Positions 42,442 through 48,350 of a DNA stretch of 64,000 bases are shown here, piece after piece; the stretch's first letter is position 1; each line of letters begins with the position of its first letter. The notes beneath the pieces were generated by a model. The model saw only the letters and a program-made list of their open reading frames with translations, did not search any database and had not been told where the DNA came from. The position numbers and the translations under genes are program-made. The DNA comes from a virus (taxonomy: Duplodnaviria > Caudoviricetes), in IMG/VR virus record IMGVR_UViG_3300014613_000025, positions 1-64,000 of that record, one strand, 5' to 3'.

Positions 42442-43524
42442 CTAACCGACGATGCGCAACCCGGCATCGGCGACCATGGCCCGCACGATGTCAAGCGGAA
42501 GGTTGACCACCGCGACGCACCAGCCGTATCCGTAGCGCGTACGGCCCTCGTATTCATCGAAGCCAATCCGGCGCAGGGCGCGGATAGCAACGCCACGAGA
42601 CGTCGCCTCAACCTCATATTCCCCAGCGGTATCCTGGTGGCTCAACTTGGTCGCAAGCGCACGGACTGCCTTGCGTGTCGAGTCGTCTCCGGTCAAGGTC
42701 GCGAGGCAATCGCCACCCATGGGACCGTGCGAGGTCAGGAAGACGTTGCCAATCCTCGCGCCGCAGCACACGCATGAGATGTTGGCAAAGGTTCCGCCAA
42801 GCGCTTCCAGGGCCGCTGGCGAGCCAGCAACCGCGAATCCTTCGAGGGCCACGCCGTCAAACTTGTCGCGGATCTTCTGGGTAAGTCGCATCGTCGTCTC
42901 CCTCTTCTCGTTGTCCTTGGTCGCAACCGTTGGAGTCGAACCAACCTTATACCACAATCACCCTGGTGGGCGCTCGCCGGAGCCTTTTCGTTGTGGGCTG
43001 CGATGCTTGGTGAGTATGCGAACGGCGTGCCAAGCTATGCGGCACGCTGGCTTTCCAACAGCGCTAGCCGCCAATACGCGGCCTCAAGCCGCTCGCCCAC
43101 ACGGAGGCCGTGCCAGGTGTGGGTTACGCCAGCGAACCGCCTATTGTTTAGGTCGCGAATCTCGACCTTGAGGTCAAGGATGCGACGTTGGATAAGCTCA
43201 GGAGTCATGCGGGTTGTGTTCGTCATGGCTCTACTCCCATGCACTCAGCGTGCCAAGCGCTCAGCGCGTTACCCTGAACCCCTGCGAGGTTGCGTTCAGG
43301 TAGACGTTCTCGGCGGCGATGCGGCAGTTGTTGCGGTGCGTTTCGGCATCGAGCAGAGCTTGCGGCCACTGCTCAGGTACACCGGCGCAGATCGTAGCGT
43401 ACCGCAGCGCATTGTATGCGTGAATGGCCTTATCGTAGGCTTTCGTCGCCTTGTTCATGGCAACCTTGGCAGCGCGCGCGGTCGGGAAGGTCTTGGTCTC
43501 GGCGGGGTTGGCTTGGTTCGTCAT
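42442..43524 (-). CDS. block 4 small ORFs (43261-43524, 43035-43226, 42442-42891)
   Basis: two have own sigma54 motif; the third has a GGGAG SD downstream of the tRNA-like RNA and CVCC...GGDC cysteines. Confidence 0.7.
42918..43002 (-). ncRNA. CCA-ended tRNA-like RNA without D or anticodon arms
   Basis: acceptor CGCAGCC/GGTTGCG + A + CCA; T arm GTTGG-TTCGACT-CCAAC; 5' end 16 nt below the -12 element of promoter 43017. Confidence 0.75.
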
Positions 43525-43555
43525 GGTGCAAACCCACTATGCACGCACCATGCCA
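43017..43555 (-). promoter_or_regulatory. block 4: three sigma54 promoters
   Basis: 43017 TGGCACGCCGTTCGCA; 43240 TGGCACGCTGAGTGCA; 43540 TGGCATGGTGCGTGCA. Confidence 0.88.
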
Positions 43556-43623
43556 CGCAACACAAAAACGCGAAACGTCTACTCCCACAGGGACAACGTT
43601 GTTACACTAAGTAGATTCACACC

Positions 43624-44023
43624 ATGGCATTCAAGTCGTGCTATTGCAAAAGTTGCGTGATTGACCCAAAAGTGTATGGTCATTCCAAACGCGTCCTCAA
43701 CGTTTCCGACATGTTGCGCGCCTAGTGAGTCATTCTTGACCCATGGCAAAACGGTCCTGGTCTGCACGAAGTGTCTTGTTTTGTAGCGGTTTGCGAAACG
43801 TGGCGGGCTAGGTCTGCCAGGTGTCGGGTTGTCGCGGCGAGACGATAGCCAACGGCCTACCATGACAGCGGTGTCATAGCAAAACGTCACATTAGCGAAT
43901 CCTTCGAGGTTTACGCTATGACATTGAAGTCATAGCATCGAGGTCCAAGACGGCTACGATGTGCTGGCGTGGCTTGTTCTGTAGCGATTGAGGTACGCGT
44001 GGCGGGTATGACATTGATGTCAT
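43624..44023. repeat. palindrome cluster D: 4 copies
   Basis: 43624, 43862, 43918, 44008 (last is TATGACATTGATGTCATA). Confidence 0.85.
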
Positions 44024-45005
44024 AGGGTCTTGGCGGAGCGAAGGATTCGCGACGAAAGCGAGGTCAGCGCGTCACGGACCTTGCCGTCGCCATCGTCGTC
44101 CGCGCTATTGACGGCGTCAATTAGTCGCGACCATGCGGCTTCCTCTGCTCCCTCGTTGACGTGTAGCACGCCTGCGGCATGGTCGAACGTGCCAGGAAAC
44201 GGCTCGTAGTCGCCGTCAAAGGCCAGGCAATCGTCAAACGCGGGGTCGAATACATAGATGGTCAACCCGCACGCCTGAATCTCGCCTACGCGGAATGTCG
44301 CCATCAGATGCCGCGACGCGCGCGCTCCTTTTGGAACAAGGACAATTCGGTGAGGTATCTTTCGCCGCCCATGCGCTGAACCCAGCTATTCGTGGCGGTA
44401 ACGGTGAGCAGTCCTTCAAGAGCGAGGGAGCAGTCGCGATGCGACCACACCAGCTCGGAGTCACTCATCTTGCGGATGCGGTCGGCGATGCGCTTGGTTG
44501 CCTTGTCGGTGTTCTTCATGGTGCTTTCCGAGTATGCGAACGCTATGCCATCGTTGCCGTAGCCTCAAAACCGCCAGGCTCGACACCCAAGCCATGACAC
44601 GAATGTCATACCTAAACGCCGTTTCGCGATATTCGTGAGGTTTTCGCTATGACATTGGTGTCATGCTTAGGCGAGCGGTTGTCGGCTCGCTTCGCAATGT
44701 GCCTTTATTTGTAGCGATTATGCGCGGAGCGGGTGGTATGACATTGGTGTCATGGCAGGCTGTGGTCATGCGTACATGGCGGCGTTCAAGGCCAGCCACG
44801 CTGCATCCACATGCGCGTTCAAGGTCTTGGCGTAGAGCCAGCGCGCCATGTTCACAGCCTTGCGGCTAGGCTTGCGGCTGCTGCTAGTGACGCACTGGAT
44901 CCTGATCTCACCCAGGCAATCACAGGCGAACAAGTAGCCCCCGACTGTAACCGTCATGGGTGCGCCGCTGCCGTCCGAGTAGACTTCGATTGCTGTGGTT
45001 TTCAT
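44020..45005 (-). CDS. small ORFs 44766-45005, 44304-44519, 44020-44304
   Basis: first two start 14 and 17 nt below sigma54 motifs. Confidence 0.65.
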
Positions 45006-45122
45006 ACCATCCTGCCTAGCACGTCGCATGCCAACGGTCCCAAACCCGTCCGCTAGCGCTTGACCATATCTCGCCGTTCCCCTCCAGCGGGAGTGACCCA
45101 AACCTGTGCACGTCGCATGCCA
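44535..45122 (-). promoter_or_regulatory. three further sigma54 promoters
   Basis: 44535 TGGCATAGCGTTCGCA; 45018 TGGCATGCGACGTGCT; 45107 TGGCATGCGACGTGCA. Confidence 0.82.
44594..44753. repeat. palindrome cluster E: 3 copies
   Basis: 44594 ATGAC-ACGAAT-GTCAT; 44649 and 44738 ATGAC-ATTGGT-GTCAT. Confidence 0.85.
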
Positions 45123-45165
45123 AGGTTGGCGGCTGACCGGACCTAAACGCATTGGGCCTGGTGGT

Positions 45166-45767
45166 ATGAGTGAACCCAAACCAGGTGAACGGCCCGACGT
45201 TGAAGGCGTCTTTGAACGACTCCGCCAACGGTTGGATGACATTGTGCCGATGCCACGCAAGACAGTCGAGGTGCTTGCCACGCTGCTAGGTGGCCTTGAC
45301 GCTAGGCGAGAGGTCAGATGGCGCAAGCGTGAACATCGAGTCAAGAACCGCAACGAACGGCAACGGCGCGCACTGTCGCGCAGGAAGGCGAGACGATAGC
45401 AATGCAACAGAGACCAGCAAAGGAGCACGATACCATGGCATGCACGAAGCGTATCGCGAAGGCTGCGAAGCACTTGGACAAGGCCGCCGACCTGTTGGAC
45501 GATGCCATTGACGACTACTACAACGAGGAGGTTGGTCAACGTGTTCCCACGCGCGAGGACGTTATCGCGCATGCGGCAAAGGCCATCCTAGACAATGTGT
45601 CAGCGCGCGGTGCCGTGGTCCTGTTCGGCCAACGTGACAACTGTGTGGCATTGACTGACACTGGGCCACTTCGCGCATCGCCTGCGGCCCAGATAGCTTC
45701 GCTGCTAACACTGGCCGTGCGCGAGGCAATCACGCAAGCGTATCAGGAGGCCAACGGCGATGACTGA
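45166..45767 (+). CDS. two hypothetical proteins (45166-45399, 45435-45767)
   Basis: first starts 24 nt after CCTAAAC; second has AAGGAG RBS and overlaps the cytidylyltransferase start. Confidence 0.55.
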
Positions 45768-46881
45768 CAACGTCGTAGCCATCATCCCAGCGCGAGGCGG
45801 CAGTAAGGGACTGCCACGCAAGAACCTGGCAATGGTTGGCGGGTTGCCGTTGCTCGCGCGCGCTATCGAGACCTGCCGCGACGCGGGTATCGCTGACATC
45901 GTGGTCACGACAGACGATGACGAAATTGCAGCGGTCGCACAATGTCATGGCGCGCAGGTTGTTCGGCGACCGTTGGACTTGGCTAGCGACACCGCCACAA
46001 GCGAGGATGCCATCTGGCACGCGCTAGACGTGTGTGGCATCGATAGCGGGACGTGTGCGTTCGTGCAATGCACGACTCCGCTGTTGACGTCTGACGAGGT
46101 GGCGCACTGCGTGGCGTTGGCAGAACTAGGCCGCAGCGCGTTTACGGTCTATCCGCACCACAACGTTTTCTGGTACGATGATGAACCGCTTAGCACACTG
46201 CCACGCAAGCCAAGACAGCAATGCAAGCCGCTGTGGAAAGAGACTGGCGGATGCTATGCGTTCCCGGTCGAGGCATTCATGCGCAAGCGCTCGCGCTTCC
46301 CGACTGAGACCGTTATGGTCCGCTCAGAGTATGGCATTGACATCGATGATGAAAACGACCTGGCGGCGGCCAATGCGATTGTGCGTCGCGGTTTGACAAG
46401 CCCTGGCTTGCGTAGCCGATTGTCGCGCGTTCAGTTGCTCGTCCTAGACTTCGACGGTGTGCTAACAGACAACCGCGTGTTGACCGACAGCGATGGGCGC
46501 GAGGTGGTATCCTGTTCCAAGGCTGACAGTTCGGGCATCATACTGCTCCAACGCGCTGGCGTTCGGGTTGTGTGTTTGACTCACGAGCACGACAGGTCGG
46601 CACTGTTACGGTGTCGCAAGTTGGGCATCGAGTGTGTGCAAACGTCGGGGCTAAAACCGTTAGCCCTAGAGACAATGCTACAAGGCACACCGCTAGAGCA
46701 AGTCTGCTACGTTGGCAATGACGAACCCGACGTTGCGTGTATGGCAATGGTTGGCGTGAGCATGGCCCCGCATGATGCGGAACCGTGCGCGCTTGATGCC
46801 GCTCAGGTTGTGCTAAAGCGCAACGGTGGAGACGGCGCCGTACGCGAGGCGTGTGAGATGATTCTGGAGGCGCAATGCTAA
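45760..46881 (+). CDS. neuA: acylneuraminate cytidylyltransferase fused to KdsC-like HAD phosphatase
   Basis: AIIPARGGSKGLPRKNL, VQCTTPL, IDIDDENDL; then LVLDFDGVLTD and YVGNDEPD...GGDGAVRE. Confidence 0.92.
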   Translation: MTDNVVAIIPARGGSKGLPRKNLAMVGGLPLLARAIETCRDAGIADIVVTTDDDEIAAVAQCHGAQVVRRPLDLASDTATSEDAIWHALDVCGIDSGTCAFVQCTTPLLTSDEVAHCVALAELGRSAFTVYPHHNVFWYDDEPLSTLPRKPRQQCKPLWKETGGCYAFPVEAFMRKRSRFPTETVMVRSEYGIDIDDENDLAAANAIVRRGLTSPGLRSRLSRVQLLVLDFDGVLTDNRVLTDSDGREVVSCSKADSSGIILLQRAGVRVVCLTHEHDRSALLRCRKLGIECVQTSGLKPLALETMLQGTPLEQVCYVGNDEPDVACMAMVGVSMAPHDAEPCALDAAQVVLKRNGGDGAVREACEMILEAQC

Positions 46882-47252
46882 CCGTCTATGCAATCCAAAA
46901 CGCCGATGGGCAATGGCTTCGCAGCAAGGGATACGGCGGCTGCGGCCCGTCGTGGGTTGACGATATCAGCCTTGCGCGCCTATACCAGCGCATCGGAACG
47001 GCGCGCGGTCGCGTTGGCTACTACGTTGGAGCGTATCCAGACTTGCCGCCTCCCAAGTTGTTTGCGTTTACGTGCAACGAGGGTGTGGAACTTGACGAGT
47101 CCGCTCGCGTGGCAAAGGTAGCTAAGCACAAGTCGACACAGAAGAAACGAAAAGAATTGGCAGACGCTAAGCGGAAACTGAAGGACGCGAACGACAGGTT
47201 TGCTAAGGCCAAGAAAGACTTGGAGGCATTGAAGTGCACACCGTCAGAGTAG
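46875..47252 (+). CDS. hypothetical protein
   Basis: overlaps both neuA and neuB; YAIQNADGQWLRSKG start, basic helical tail. Confidence 0.6.
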   Translation: MLTVYAIQNADGQWLRSKGYGGCGPSWVDDISLARLYQRIGTARGRVGYYVGAYPDLPPPKLFAFTCNEGVELDESARVAKVAKHKSTQKKRKELADAKRKLKDANDRFAKAKKDLEALKCTPSE

Positions 47253-48103
47253 GCAATCGCGAGGTTGGTGAGGGCAAACCGTGCTTCATTATAGCGGAGA
47301 TCGGGATCAACCACGATGGCGATGTTGACGTTGCCAAGCGGCTGATTGATGTGGCGGTGTCGGCAGGGTGTGACGCTGTCAAGTTTCAGAAGCGCACACC
47401 TGACTTGCACGTTGCACCAGACAAGCGAGACGTCTTGCGTGATACCCCGTGGGGCGAGATGCGCACGATTGACTACCGCGAGCGCATCGAATTCGGCCAC
47501 GCCGAATACGACGACATCAACGAGTATTGCTTGCAGCGTGGTATCCTGTGGTTCGCGTCGCCGTGGGACGTGCCGAGTGTTGACTTCCTCGAACAGTACA
47601 ACCCGCCATGCTACAAGATTGCGAGCGCTGGCATGGTCAACAAGGCCCTACGCTGCGCCGTCTGGGCCGCAAGACGGCCCGTCATCATGTCGACGGGCAT
47701 GGCGACACTGGCAGACATTGACGAGGCGTACGATGACCTGGCAAGCGACAGGTTGACGCTATTGCATTGCACGAGCAACTACCCAACGACGGACGATGAG
47801 ATTGACCTACCTGTAATCGAGACACTGCGGCAGCGCTACCGCGTACCGGTTGGTTACAGCGGCCACGAGGTTGGACTGTTGCCGTCTGTATTGTCCGTTG
47901 CGGCCTGGCGGGCTTGCATCGTTGAAAGGCATGTGACATTAGATCGAGGCCGAAAAGGCAGCGACCACGGCGCAAGCATTGAGCCGCATGGGTTGCACTT
48001 GCTCGTGCGCGACATCAGGCGAGCGGAGCGGTTGCGCGAGGGTGGTTGGAACAAGCGGGTTCATGCGTCGGAGGCGGCGCAGATCAAGAGGTTGAGAGGA
48101 TGA
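47234..48103 (+). CDS. neuB: N-acetylneuraminate (nonulosonate) synthase family, short form lacking SAF domain
   Basis: FIIAEIGINHDGD, AVKFQKR, YKIASA, IMSTGM, LLHCTSNYP, GYSGHE, IVERHVTLDR..GSDH. Confidence 0.93.
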   Translation: MHTVRVGNREVGEGKPCFIIAEIGINHDGDVDVAKRLIDVAVSAGCDAVKFQKRTPDLHVAPDKRDVLRDTPWGEMRTIDYRERIEFGHAEYDDINEYCLQRGILWFASPWDVPSVDFLEQYNPPCYKIASAGMVNKALRCAVWAARRPVIMSTGMATLADIDEAYDDLASDRLTLLHCTSNYPTTDDEIDLPVIETLRQRYRVPVGYSGHEVGLLPSVLSVAAWRACIVERHVTLDRGRKGSDHGASIEPHGLHLLVRDIRRAERLREGGWNKRVHASEAAQIKRLRG

Positions 48104-48300
48104 CACCCAAGCAAGCAACAATGGTTCTGGACGTCATGCGGACGCATGAGTGGCATCGCGGGGAAGAGGGGACGTGGTGCCAATCGTGCAATGGCGGATA
48201 TTCGATCTATAGCCATAGTAAGCACCGCACTCCTAGTCACAAGCGTGGATGCAAGTGGGCGCGCGCTGTTAGGTTGTTGGAGGGATTGTTGGCGTCCTAA
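48100..48300 (+). CDS. small Cys/His hypothetical protein
   Basis: coupled to neuB. Confidence 0.5.
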   Translation: MTPKQATMVLDVMRTHEWHRGEEGTWCQSCNGGYSIYSHSKHRTPSHKRGCKWARAVRLLEGLLAS

Positions 48301-48350
48301 ACCCGTTTGACGTATTAGCATAGGACAACAGAACAACAGGACAGGAGAAC

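Noticed and set aside
42945-42955. Extended -10 promoter TGTGGTATAAG for gene 42891
   Set aside because: Lies inside the tRNA-like RNA with no -35; cannot be distinguished from chance, though not excluded.
33847-44753. Palindrome clusters as CRISPR mini-arrays
   Set aside because: Repeats are only 16-18 bp and degenerate, gaps vary from about 40 to over 200 bp and contain shared motifs, and no cas operon is present.
45006-45572. N-terminal extension of ORF 44766-45572 (268 aa)
   Set aside because: Overlaps plus-strand genes and two promoters; the sigma54-linked ATG at 45005 gives the plausible 79-aa protein.
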